This document shows, piece after piece, positions 16,901 to 24,941 of a stretch of DNA of 48,631 bases. Origin of the DNA: a virus. The stretch spans positions 1-48,631 of IMG/VR virus record IMGVR_UViG_3300002175_000003, one strand, 5' to 3'. The position numbers were made by a program, and so were the translations under genes. Positions within the stretch are counted from its first letter, which is position 1, and each line of letters begins with the position of its first letter. The notes under the pieces are model-generated. The model saw only the letters and a program-made list of their open reading frames with translations, did not search any database and was not told the DNA's origin.

Positions 16901-19900
16901 TTGCTGCGGTCGCGGCTGGCTCCGTTGCCGCCCAGAACTCCCGCCCCGGCCCCCGAGACCCCGGAGTCTCCCCAGGAAGCTCAGGCCGGTCCGAAACTGG
17001 AATATGTGTCGAACATTCGCGTCAAAGACCGGCCTTATGTCGTGCATGAAACGCTGGCCGGGCAGATCAGGGAAGCCGCCAGACATGCGGGCATCGTGCG
17101 GGTCGTCGTCACGTCCGCCGGTCAGGACAGTGAAAAAACTCCTGGCGCGCGGCGTACGAGTGCCCATTCAGTCAACCATGATCTTGTCGCAAAGGATGGA
17201 AAAATTGGCGGCGGTGCGGCTGACGTGGAGCTTTACGCCCCCGACGGTCACAAGTTGCGCGTAGGCGAGCCTCGCGACGAAGATATGTTGAAAAAATTTG
17301 TCACGAAGGCGGCAGAATTAGGCGTATCGGGATTTGGCGGCAGCGCAAATTACCAGGATGGAAATTTACACGTAGGAGGCGGTGCGCGGCCTGAAACGCA
17401 TTATTGGGGCGGTCCGAAAGATGACGGCGTCCCGGCAAAATGGCTGCCGGGCGCGGCAAAAGAAGGCTGGGAACGAAGGGGCTGGACGGTTAAAGGGCCT
17501 GCCGATCATGGTTTCACCTCGGTCAACCCGCGTGTAGCGCTCCAGCACCGCGAGAGTTTGAGAGCGCAGAGTGGCGAGGTTGAAGCATCGCCGCCCCGGC
17601 AGTACACCCCTGAGGAAAAAATACAGAGGTCGCGTGCTGCCGATGCCCATATCGAGAGTTATGGCGACCCTAATAAAGTACGGTTGTACAGAAACAGGGA
17701 AGGGAAGTTAGTAGAGAGCCAGTACAAAGGCTTGTACCAACTCTCCAGCAAGCAATTCGACGAGTACAATAATGATGTCCGTACGGGAGCGTGGAAAGGC
17801 GAGCCGGTCGTTTTCGGCGGACCAAAAGGCGAAGAGGGCTGGCGCAATCCGGCGTACCAGGAGCGCGTCAAGGAGTGGCGCGAGGCAAAGGACGGAAAAA
17901 TACTGGAAGCCGCGGGGTTCGAAAATAATGGTCCGAACCGGTACATTTTACATAACCAGGGAGCTGCCGGCGGTCCTGCGCTGTTGAGAGCGGCTAAAGA
18001 AAACCCGAATGCACCGGCGTGGCGGGTTGTCAAAGAAGCAGCGCCGAAGGAGCCTGATCCTCTGACGAACATCTCCGGCAACGTTCTGGCGAGCGACTTT
18101 AAGCGCTTCACGGGGCAGGAATGGCCCGGCAGCGCCAGCAAGGTGACCGCCAGTCAACTCGTCAAATATTGGACGAACAAGCACGAGTACCATCAAGAAT
18201 TGGCGGCCAACCCAGGGGCTGCCGTGCGGTCGATGCGGGCACGGCAAGCAGAAGGTGAGGGCGAGGCCGCGGCTGGCGGGATGCTTCGCCGAGGCATTCG
18301 CGCGGTGGGGAGAGCATTGAGCGCGACGAGTTCGGCGCCGGCACGATATGGGGAACCCGGATCGGCGCAACGGCAGGCGGCCGATACGGCGGCAATGCGG
18401 TGGAGAGACGAGCACCCAATCTTGGCTGCGATGACGGAACCGACTGACTACGGGACGCGGCCGCCATCAGAAGTCGAGAGCTACAACCAAGGCATGCAGC
18501 AAGCGGCGAAAATGGTTATCCCGGCAGCCGCGGGCATGGCCGTGGCGCCAATGGGCGCTGCCCTTGTGGGCGGTACCGGCTGGGGCGCGACGGGCGCTGG
18601 CATGGCCGCCGGCGGTTTGGCGGCTGGGGGAACCCAGGCGGGCATGAACGTGCTGTCCGGGCGGCCAGTTGGCGAGAACGTAGTTTCGCAGGCAATTTTT
18701 GGCGGCATACCGGCCGTGCAAGGGACCAAGATTTCTAGCGCCCTTGGTCGGGCGCTTCTCAGTGGGGTCGGCGGGGCTGCCGAACCTGCCATCGAGGGCC
18801 GGGGACCGTACGATATCGGCCTCGCTGGAGTGGTCGGGGCCGGGCTTGGGATCGCTGGTGAGACGGTTGCGCGTGCTGCCCGGGCGCTCCCGAGGTCGGC
18901 GGCCTTGTCCATCGATGCGCTGGGCGAGCGCATGCAACAGGCGTTTGCGGAAATGCCCGAAGAGGCGCAGACGACCGTAAAGAGGCTCCTCGATACGGCG
19001 ACGGATGGGCGAACGCGAGCAGCGCGCGAAAGGGCGCATGCCGAATTGGCGCGAAGGTTCAACATGTCGCCGGAAGAAGTCAGTAATTTCAGGGCGCTTG
19101 CCGATACGCAAACAACACTTGCCGGAAAGCGGCTGATTGAGAAGATTACTGGTGAGCCGGCGCGTCCGCAGACGCCCGAGGAAGCGTCATTTAACTTGCG
19201 GGAAACTGCCAGAGGTGCGTTGAGCGACGCGAGAGCAGACTATCGTTTTGTAGAAAACAGCATCAATAATCGTACCGCGGCGTCGATACGTTCAAACCAT
19301 GCAGGACAGATTGAGCCAACGAATGCGGCACATTCTAGCTACGTGAGGCTTGACGAGATAAATGCAAATACGGCACGACCGCCTGCGACCGGTACGGGGG
19401 CTCCGAGGCAACTCAACAACCGGGAAAAATTTATTCAGTTACGCGAGCTTCGCAGTGATATTACGGCCAGCGCCGCAGTAGAAGACGGGGTGAGAAAATC
19501 AGAGCTACTGAGAGCCAGAAACGAGGTAGACCGGGCAATCAGGGATCATCTTGGGAGGACAGTTCCATCTCATAGCGCCAGAGATTTGGAAATTATGCTT
19601 CGCAATGCCGACAGAAAATACGCAGAAGCAGCCGCAATGGCTGGCGAGCATTTCAATAACTTGAAGGCGGGCAGTCTTAATATGTACGACTTCGGCGAGG
19701 CGATCGTTCGCATGGTTGACAGTAAGTCTGTAAAAAATCCGCTATTGCATGGTTCGGATGCGGGGGAGGCACTCGTCAGAACGTTCTACGCTAATGCCAA
19801 CAGGTACCAAATACCAGCGGCGAGAGAGGCCATAAAAATAGGTCTGATTGACGCGGTATTCAGCAGTGCTCTGAAGAAGAAGGAAGAAATAACGAAGGCT

Positions 19901-20299
19901 GCAAACAGGTTTATAAATGGCGACCTTATGGGGGTTGCCGAAATAGTGTTCTCGCCGGCCGAGAGGAGACGCTTGCAGCACATTGCGGATAACCCCGAAC
20001 CGTACTACACGGCAAGACGCGATACAGGGTACGGTGGTCGTGGCGCCGTTGTAGGTGCTTACGCGACCGCGCACATGGTTCATGGGATTATTCCGGGTGC
20101 TGAAGTGGTTCCAGGGGCGCTAACTGGGGCGGAACGAATCAGGGCCATGGTTCTAAGTCGCCGAGCGAGTGACGTGCGAAAATACAGCGAATTAGCTTCT
20201 CGCCCGATGAGGCATTTTTTGAGCGAGACCGGTTCGATGATCGGTGCTGAAACCGGCAGAGACGTAAATGAGAGGACTCGCAGCCATGCTGTTCGGTAA
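13979..20299 (+). CDS. giant virion-associated multidomain protein (2106 aa): alpha/beta-hydrolase-like, LAS/M15-type zinc peptidase, SLT-like transglycosylase, Gly/Ala-rich TM segments
   Basis: Start at the ATG 13979 with GGGAGG upstream. Motifs: SHSLGS nucleophile elbow (~16570); SAHSVNH..GGAADVE..GNLHVG (~17000-17390); HIESYGDPN...GLYQLS (~17640-17760). Gly-zipper hydrophobic region ~18500-18870. P/T/Q linkers. Confidence 0.75.
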   Translation: MASGDLFDGEDQFEGGLYTPEKFEWKPYGSSTSSTPEPTPSPTPAAAPDAPLPRARPAIPAEDSPRTTQSSQTSEPGQSGQPISLAPSNPIQLTPTPSTPQTQAAQAQPVQTPTPQTQAELAKNSAAAKNLNEEREAYVKALASVDRQLATAQNKPLIFLKNLGGINTSYSDEDIAKLDARRGELFGKLQEIDKQIEALKTANTHASQMGVLPRTAGQNLESVYYDAGPKMAEGNVSTALNLARAKDDDTLGNEVKAAARNSYNNNLYKFLPALNRTLNSADAAVGELDKVAAAGQGRYDEARPALQAEFDRLTASAGVAEVKLPTGPGSALKAAGAVETLRYQLSAARQLWGSQLQQFSLQTSFTAPPAKDMKDVDAQWRPAFNVGNIVPGTGTIVIPEDSQKNPYVGLNLGTGTGAWVKTNNFDESPFGRDGQRSLASIDDEKRIRGNINSQANAQMLREGVAFSVLHSLTKAADKEGWDNASTVQHVKSQLDSLSRGGSRGAASTPGVAKFMERLNGLPQDMIDKIDTQLASFNSVLAGTPTGQRISNATIGQLKNAINNIYAARMDAIGSTLGGDAREAGSLGLPISRLGVSRDIQDVVRPHWEAGRRETLENLFNADYVVDSGGRLVLRQPMVTGVGEKPAERAWVKGYSPTWPDPFAEPAQTATQTPQAATQTPPATRTPQTPQTAEPTEEPEPRILYQEQQQPSPASSTSPEGGGALAMSPGLAAARAVTAPTTPTTPQPETPATPATPTTPTTPATQPEASNQWQRGMNPTAWYEGDKDRPIAYIAAGKKDAYIHRFGREEGEKRYQEDVRHLSETARARGAVPVVLAPTSDQASQQRELEKELQQARKDHRKAFVVSHSLGSYSARRLIRDMHYSDVVPEGNWIGTGITDRNEDVNNELRSHGARDHFDLPRAMAEKAWRERQSRAPEAAPGTPGASEAPNEQPQQIAFRSEEAGQPAKPMTPEALLRSRLAPLPPRTPAPAPETPESPQEAQAGPKLEYVSNIRVKDRPYVVHETLAGQIREAARHAGIVRVVVTSAGQDSEKTPGARRTSAHSVNHDLVAKDGKIGGGAADVELYAPDGHKLRVGEPRDEDMLKKFVTKAAELGVSGFGGSANYQDGNLHVGGGARPETHYWGGPKDDGVPAKWLPGAAKEGWERRGWTVKGPADHGFTSVNPRVALQHRESLRAQSGEVEASPPRQYTPEEKIQRSRAADAHIESYGDPNKVRLYRNREGKLVESQYKGLYQLSSKQFDEYNNDVRTGAWKGEPVVFGGPKGEEGWRNPAYQERVKEWREAKDGKILEAAGFENNGPNRYILHNQGAAGGPALLRAAKENPNAPAWRVVKEAAPKEPDPLTNISGNVLASDFKRFTGQEWPGSASKVTASQLVKYWTNKHEYHQELAANPGAAVRSMRARQAEGEGEAAAGGMLRRGIRAVGRALSATSSAPARYGEPGSAQRQAADTAAMRWRDEHPILAAMTEPTDYGTRPPSEVESYNQGMQQAAKMVIPAAAGMAVAPMGAALVGGTGWGATGAGMAAGGLAAGGTQAGMNVLSGRPVGENVVSQAIFGGIPAVQGTKISSALGRALLSGVGGAAEPAIEGRGPYDIGLAGVVGAGLGIAGETVARAARALPRSAALSIDALGERMQQAFAEMPEEAQTTVKRLLDTATDGRTRAARERAHAELARRFNMSPEEVSNFRALADTQTTLAGKRLIEKITGEPARPQTPEEASFNLRETARGALSDARADYRFVENSINNRTAASIRSNHAGQIEPTNAAHSSYVRLDEINANTARPPATGTGAPRQLNNREKFIQLRELRSDITASAAVEDGVRKSELLRARNEVDRAIRDHLGRTVPSHSARDLEIMLRNADRKYAEAAAMAGEHFNNLKAGSLNMYDFGEAIVRMVDSKSVKNPLLHGSDAGEALVRTFYANANRYQIPAAREAIKIGLIDAVFSSALKKKEEITKAANRFINGDLMGVAEIVFSPAERRRLQHIADNPEPYYTARRDTGYGGRGAVVGAYATAHMVHGIIPGAEVVPGALTGAERIRAMVLSRRASDVRKYSELASRPMRHFLSETGSMIGAETGRDVNERTRSHAVR

Positions 20300-20600
20300 G
20301 CCAACTCAATCGGTACGCGACAAGATCATCTCGGAATTCCGTGCTGGGTATCCTGCCGACCAAGTTGCCGCAACGGTCGATATGCTTGAAAAAGAGCTTT
20401 ACGACATGCGGAAGGAAGACCCCGTGTTCGATCGGCTTTGCAAGATTGCCGAAGCCTACGGGGCCAAGCAGAGATGGGATATCGTAAACAGTACTGCTGC
20501 CGGATGCGTGAGAGCATTCCAGCGGCAGGAGTTGAAGACTTGGGCAAGCGGTGCTGACCGCATTCCGGAGAAGTCGATTGAGGACTACATCAACGACTGA
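20286..20600 (+). CDS. hypothetical HTH-like protein (104 aa); weak resemblance to small-terminase N-terminal HTH
   Basis: Start at the ATG 20286. DKIISEFRAGYPADQVAATVDMLEKELYDMRKEDPVF resembles the TerS-type HTH..W...d.eF pattern. Not adjacent to terL. Confidence 0.45.
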   Translation: MLFGKPTQSVRDKIISEFRAGYPADQVAATVDMLEKELYDMRKEDPVFDRLCKIAEAYGAKQRWDIVNSTAAGCVRAFQRQELKTWASGADRIPEKSIEDYIND

Positions 20601-20769
20601 ATTTTTTGCATGATGAAAACGGTACGGTTTTTGTTACGGGCTCGCCGCGGTGGGCGGTTTCATCAGTTAGCAGTGTAGCTTTTATGAAGCACATTTCATT
20701 TCATTTCTCCCTAGCAGTCATGAAACGCTGCTACAATTATGATAACTAAGCAGATAACGCCAACGACGA

Positions 20770-20904
20770 CTACAAACATTTTTTCCTCCTGAGAAAGTCA
20801 GGGATATCGAGAGGGTGTCGCTGACCGGGCCAGAGGCCGGTCACGGGGTTGCGTTGCAGTTCTGGCCGGTCCCATGGCCAGCGTGGTCGTTCCCAAGGGT
20901 ACAT
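20770..20904 (-). CDS. small W/P/R-rich protein (44 aa), antisense to the late arm
   Basis: ATG at 20904 is preceded by GGAGGAATAAA. That SD overlaps the stop of the upstream 47-aa ORF. Confidence 0.5.
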   Translation of the reverse strand: MYPWERPRWPWDRPELQRNPVTGLWPGQRHPLDIPDFLRRKKCL

Positions 20905-20905
20905 T

Positions 20906-21049
20906 TTATTCCTCCAGAAAGAGCAGGATTCCGGCGACGGCAGCGAGGCCGATGGAAACGGCAATTTTGTTTGTTGCGCCTGCCGCACCAGAAAAAACGC
21001 ACAAGATTGCTGCTGTGAGGCTTTTCAGGCGTCTGCGGGGGTATTCCAT
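20906..21049 (-). CDS. small membrane protein (47 aa, 2 TM)
   Basis: ATG at 21049 with AGGAGA 9 nt upstream. Hydrophobic segments LTAAILCVFSGAAGA and IAVSIGLAAVAGILLFL. Confidence 0.5.
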   Translation of the reverse strand: MEYPRRRLKSLTAAILCVFSGAAGATNKIAVSIGLAAVAGILLFLEE

Positions 21050-21080
21050 TTTTGCATGTCTCCTATGCAATTTTTTCATA

Positions 21081-21106
21081 CCGTACACGTGTACGTGTGT
21101 ACGCTT
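21081..21106. promoter_or_regulatory. Operator-like cluster: 14-bp perfect palindrome CGTACACGTGTACG (21082-21095) overlapping GTGTGTACGCTT (21095-21106, reverse complement AAGCGTACACAC)
   Basis: Read directly. Sits in the divergent intergenic region between 21049(-) and 21154(+). Confidence 0.7.
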
Positions 21107-21153
21107 TTGCCGTGATAACGTCAACGGGTAAATCAAACTTTGGAGTTAACAGG

Positions 21154-21894
21154 ATGCCTAATCCTATCGTCAATTGGCCCACTCCTGGCGGTGGGTTCCG
21201 GCATTTTTCCGGGCTTCTGCCGTGTTCTTCGCTGCTCGGCGACCCACATCATGCTTCGGTGCGTACGTTTCACGTGCCGATTGCGAATACGCAGGCTATT
21301 TTCCGCGGCGATATTGTTGTCTGGGCTGATGCAGCGCATCCGACCCAGGGGGCAGCCGACATGCCCTACAATGTTGCCGCACCCGTCCCGGCACCATCTG
21401 TGGCAAATCCCGGATTCGGCGGGACCGGTCTGGGCAACAGCTCAATGGCCCCAAATGTGGCACGCTGGACGCCCGGCGACACGACGAGTTCGATTGCCGG
21501 CGTAGTTGTCGGCTTCGGGCCGATCACGCTCTTCATGGCCAAAAACGGCTTTCAGTACATCCCGGCTGGGATGGAAGCGTGGGTTTCGGTCGATACCGAC
21601 CCCGATCTCGAAATGTACGCTACGTTCCCGGCAGTTCCGGCGACCGCATTCAGGCTGCAACTTGGCAGCAATATCGACGTGATCACCGATCTGACGAAGC
21701 AGAGCGTGAAGTTCGGAATCAGCGGTCTTTCACTCGACGCAGCAACGATCGCCCTTACGCCAACGCTGCCGTTGCGCGTGCTTAACAGCACGTTCCAGAT
21801 TGGTAACATTCCGGAAGTGTCTGGGTTCGTCGCTCGTGTAACATTTAACCGAAACCGGCACCTTCGTGGAAATGCTGGCCCCGTTGCTGACTAA
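21154..21894 (+). CDS. hypothetical virion protein (246 aa)
   Basis: ATG at 21154 with TGGAG upstream. High GC3. Located in the late arm. Confidence 0.6.
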   Translation: MPNPIVNWPTPGGGFRHFSGLLPCSSLLGDPHHASVRTFHVPIANTQAIFRGDIVVWADAAHPTQGAADMPYNVAAPVPAPSVANPGFGGTGLGNSSMAPNVARWTPGDTTSSIAGVVVGFGPITLFMAKNGFQYIPAGMEAWVSVDTDPDLEMYATFPAVPATAFRLQLGSNIDVITDLTKQSVKFGISGLSLDAATIALTPTLPLRVLNSTFQIGNIPEVSGFVARVTFNRNRHLRGNAGPVAD

Positions 21895-21903
21895 GGAGGT
21901 CAC

Positions 21904-22224
21904 ATGAGGATAATTTTCGCTCTACTGGCGTTTCTTTTTAGTGCGCCGGTGTTCGCGCAAACGGCGGTGAACCTGCCAATACACGTGCCAGCAGGCGTCT
22001 GGGTTGACCTCGGGGCCGGCCCAATTGAGGTGCTGGTTGTGAGTCGTGGGGTGTCGCTTGCGACCTTTGCGGCATGCCCGGCAAGCGGCGGTCCCGGAAG
22101 TGGGTCAGTTGCGTGGCGTGCTGCTGACCGGCCGCTTCCTTTCTACACGACGCTGCACGTTTGCGCCCACGGCGGCACAACGGGCGGTCAAGTCGTCACG
22201 TACCCCATTGGGGCCACTGACTGA
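21904..22224 (+). CDS. secreted small protein (106 aa, signal peptide)
   Basis: AGGAGG SD. N-terminus MRIIFALLAFLFSAPVFAQT looks like a signal peptide with an AQ-T cleavage site. Followed by a 10-bp GC stem-loop at 22234-22268. Confidence 0.6.
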   Translation: MRIIFALLAFLFSAPVFAQTAVNLPIHVPAGVWVDLGAGPIEVLVVSRGVSLATFAACPASGGPGSGSVAWRAADRPLPFYTTLHVCAHGGTTGGQVVTYPIGATD

Positions 22225-22287
22225 CTTGCACGGGCGGGGGAGGCCCCCAGTGTCTCCACCTCCCCCGCTTAAACATAGGGTGACAAA

Positions 22288-22509
22288 ATGACGATTGACG
22301 TTCCGACGCAATTTCCGGGCTCAAAAATGGCGCAGGCTGTTCGGCTCGGACAGTCGCAATTTTTGAACGTTGAGGGGATTTCCTCAACTGGCCAGCAGAC
22401 AATGATTGCCGATTTTCAGTCGCTCATTTCTGGGACTGGTACGATGAACGCCATTCTGACGGACATAAAGACGACAACGCAGGATATCCGCAACCTTTTT
22501 GCCGGGTGA
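22288..22509 (+). CDS. 73-aa stand-alone copy of the fibre N-terminal module
   Basis: [38 protein letters not shown] parallels the N-terminus of the next gene. The DNA is also repeated (22278-22400 vs 22504-22626). Confidence 0.55.
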   Translation: MTIDVPTQFPGSKMAQAVRLGQSQFLNVEGISSTGQQTMIADFQSLISGTGTMNAILTDIKTTTQDIRNLFAG

Positions 22510-22513
22510 TGAA

Positions 22514-23122
22514 ATGACAATCGACGTACCGACGCAATTTCCGAAGTCGATAAAGGCTCAATCCGCCCGGATTGGGCAGTCTCGTTTTCGCAATGTCGAG
22601 GGGATTTCCTCAACTGGCCAGCAAACGATCATATCCGAGTTGCAGACGCTCATTACGTCGATCAACACGGCCAACAATACGCTAACGGACACGAAGACGC
22701 TGGTACAGGGCATTGACGGTCTGTTAAAAAACGGCGCACCCGGAACGGTGTTGACGACAACTTCGGCAGGCATCGTGTGGGCGCCAGCGGAGTCATATTC
22801 GTTGGATGAACACCTGACTGGCGGGGTCTGGATCGACGGGAAGCCGATTTATCGCAAGACGATAGACACTGGCGGGTTGCCGAACGCGACTTCAAAAAAC
22901 GTTACGCACAACATTACAGGATTGACGTGGCTCGTAAAGATGTTCGGCACGGCGTTTGATTCGCTGGCTCAGGCTGATTTCATTGTGTTGCCGCTGGTTG
23001 TGTCAACTGCGATAGCAAATAACGTATCGCTATCTTTTTACCCAACTTACGTTTCACTGGCGACCGCTGTTGATCGAACATCGTACACACGATCTTACGT
23101 GACACTGGAGTACGTGAAGTGA
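22514..23122 (+). CDS. tail fibre protein (202 aa) with [10 protein letters not shown]-type C-terminal domain
   Basis: Start at the ATG 22514. The C-terminal ~110 aa are paralogous to the C-terminus of 24942..25676 (both end YVT(L/I)EYVK). Confidence 0.7.
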   Translation: MTIDVPTQFPKSIKAQSARIGQSRFRNVEGISSTGQQTIISELQTLITSINTANNTLTDTKTLVQGIDGLLKNGAPGTVLTTTSAGIVWAPAESYSLDEHLTGGVWIDGKPIYRKTIDTGGLPNATSKNVTHNITGLTWLVKMFGTAFDSLAQADFIVLPLVVSTAIANNVSLSFYPTYVSLATAVDRTSYTRSYVTLEYVK

Positions 23123-24939
23123 GAACATGGTGGAGCACGCTCACGCCAGGGACCGGCATCATCATTGATAATGATGGTGTTATTTCAGTTTCTGATATCG
23201 TGCAGGGGCCTCCTGGCGAGCCCGGAGCGACTGGACCGGCAGGACCACAGGGGCCGCAAGGGTTGCAGGGGCTTCCTGGCGAGCCCGGAGCGACTGGACC
23301 GGCAGGACCACAGGGGCCGCAAGGGTTGCAGGGACCCCAAGGCGATATCGGACCGGTCGGTCCTCCCGGGTCGGCGGCCAATATCCTTCCGTGGTACGTC
23401 AATTCTAGCGGCCGGCTGATTAATCAGATTACTACTGATATCTCTCCGATTCCTGGAGTGACAGGAGTTTTTCAAGCTTTTTCAATTACAGGCATTGGCA
23501 ATGGCATCGGAAACTACCGTTATGGTAATGATACTGTCGGGCCGGATTTGGTTTTTGCTAAATCTCGTGGTAGTGCTATTAACACAATGGCTGATGTCAT
23601 TGATGGGGATATTTTAGGTGATATTTATTTTTACGGAGCTTTTAATGACGCATGGCTACAAAGCATGCGTCAATACGTACAAGTTAGCGGCACTCCTACT
23701 TCTGCTGGTGTTCCGGTTCAGTGGGGCATAACAGCTTATGACGCTAATCGCGGTGCTACTGTTAGTCGGTTGGGGCTAGATAATAAAGGCACGCTAAATG
23801 TTGGCGCAATCGGCCTTCCGAATACGCAAGGTCTTGAGATAAATAAGCCGATTTATATGGCCGAAAACGCGGTCACTTATTCGGTCATTTCACGCGGCAG
23901 TGTCGGGACGACGGGGCAGGGCGATCTAAACGTATTCACGTCTGGCGTGGATGCGAAGACTGGAACGGCTGTGTCAAATTGGCGCGAGTTTCACGCTTCT
24001 GGCCCTTCTGTGGCGGCAGGGCAGGCGCCGACGATCACCAATTTCATCGGCCTTGACGTTATTCAGAACTACGATGCAGGAATTACCAACCGGTACGGTG
24101 TTCGTAGCCAACTTAACGTAACTTCAAACCAGGTAGCGCAACCGCGCTGGAATTTTTATGCTAGCGGTAACGCGCCGAATTATTTGGCTGGTGATTTTGG
24201 GGTGGGTGCGGGTCGCCATATTAATTTTGGCGTGCCTGCAAATATTGGCGATGTAGGTTACGGCATACGCGATAACGCCGGAGCGATGGAGTATAAAAAC
24301 TCCGGTGGATCGTGGCTGCCGCTGCGCCAGTCGGTGGGGATGCAGACATTTTATTCGTCAAGCACTTTCACCGTCCCGGCCGGCGTGACGAGTATCCGCA
24401 AACTGCGCATTTGGGGTGCTGGCGGCGGTGGCGGCGGTAGCAGCAGCGCCAGCACTTCCGGTGGTGGTGGCGGAGGCGGCGGTGCCTACGCGGAGATTGG
24501 CAATGTCGCGGTGACACCAGGCCAGCAAATCGCCGTGATGGTCGGTGTCGGCGGCACCGGCGGCACGGCAACCCCGACTGACGGCGGCAACGGCGGATCG
24601 AGTTCGTTCGGTGCCACACTGACAGTGGCAGGAGGCAACGGCGGCGCTGGCACCTCTACCGCGACGGCCGGGGATGGCGGTGCTGGCGGCACGCCGGCGG
24701 CGGGGGCGTCATTTAGTATGTCGGGCAGAAAAGGCAATTCAGCGTGGGTCTTACAGCCCGGCGTCGTGGCGATGGGTCAGGGCGGTCAATCGTTCGGGAC
24801 GACTCAAACTGGCGTTTCATTGTCGGCGGTCGCAACCGCTGGATACCCCGGGATGTTCCCTGGCAGCGGCGCCAATGGCGGTGTTCTCGGTGGCGCTGGC
24901 GGCAATGGCGGCAACGGCGTCGTGATCGTGGAGTGGTGA
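23119..24939 (+). CDS. tail fibre protein with collagen-like G-X-Y repeats and glycine-rich C-terminal domain (606 aa)
   Basis: GTG start overlapping the previous stop (GTGA), with GGAG upstream. (GXY)n region. Poly-Gly/GGNGG-rich C-terminus. Confidence 0.8.
23212..23337 (+). repeat. Exact 63-bp tandem duplication inside the collagen-like region
   Basis: 23212-23270 is identical to 23275-23333 and encodes [20 protein letters not shown] twice. Confidence 0.9.
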
Positions 24940-24941
24940 AT

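Noticed and set aside
13889-19111. Several long minus-strand or alternative-frame ORFs inside the giant gene (for example 13889..14437, 16121..16774, 18467..19111, 18481..19065)
   Set aside because: All lie within the 6.3-kb plus-strand ORF. They have Arg/Ser/Pro-rich low-complexity translations and no SD, so they are GC-rich shadow ORFs.
13979-20299. N4-like virion-encapsidated RNA polymerase within the giant ORF, considered because contiguous conserved promoter-like boxes exist
   Set aside because: I could not find T7-type RNAP motifs (A: D..D/Q, B: R...K...Y.G, C: HDS) in the translation. The recognisable motifs are muralytic or hydrolase-type.
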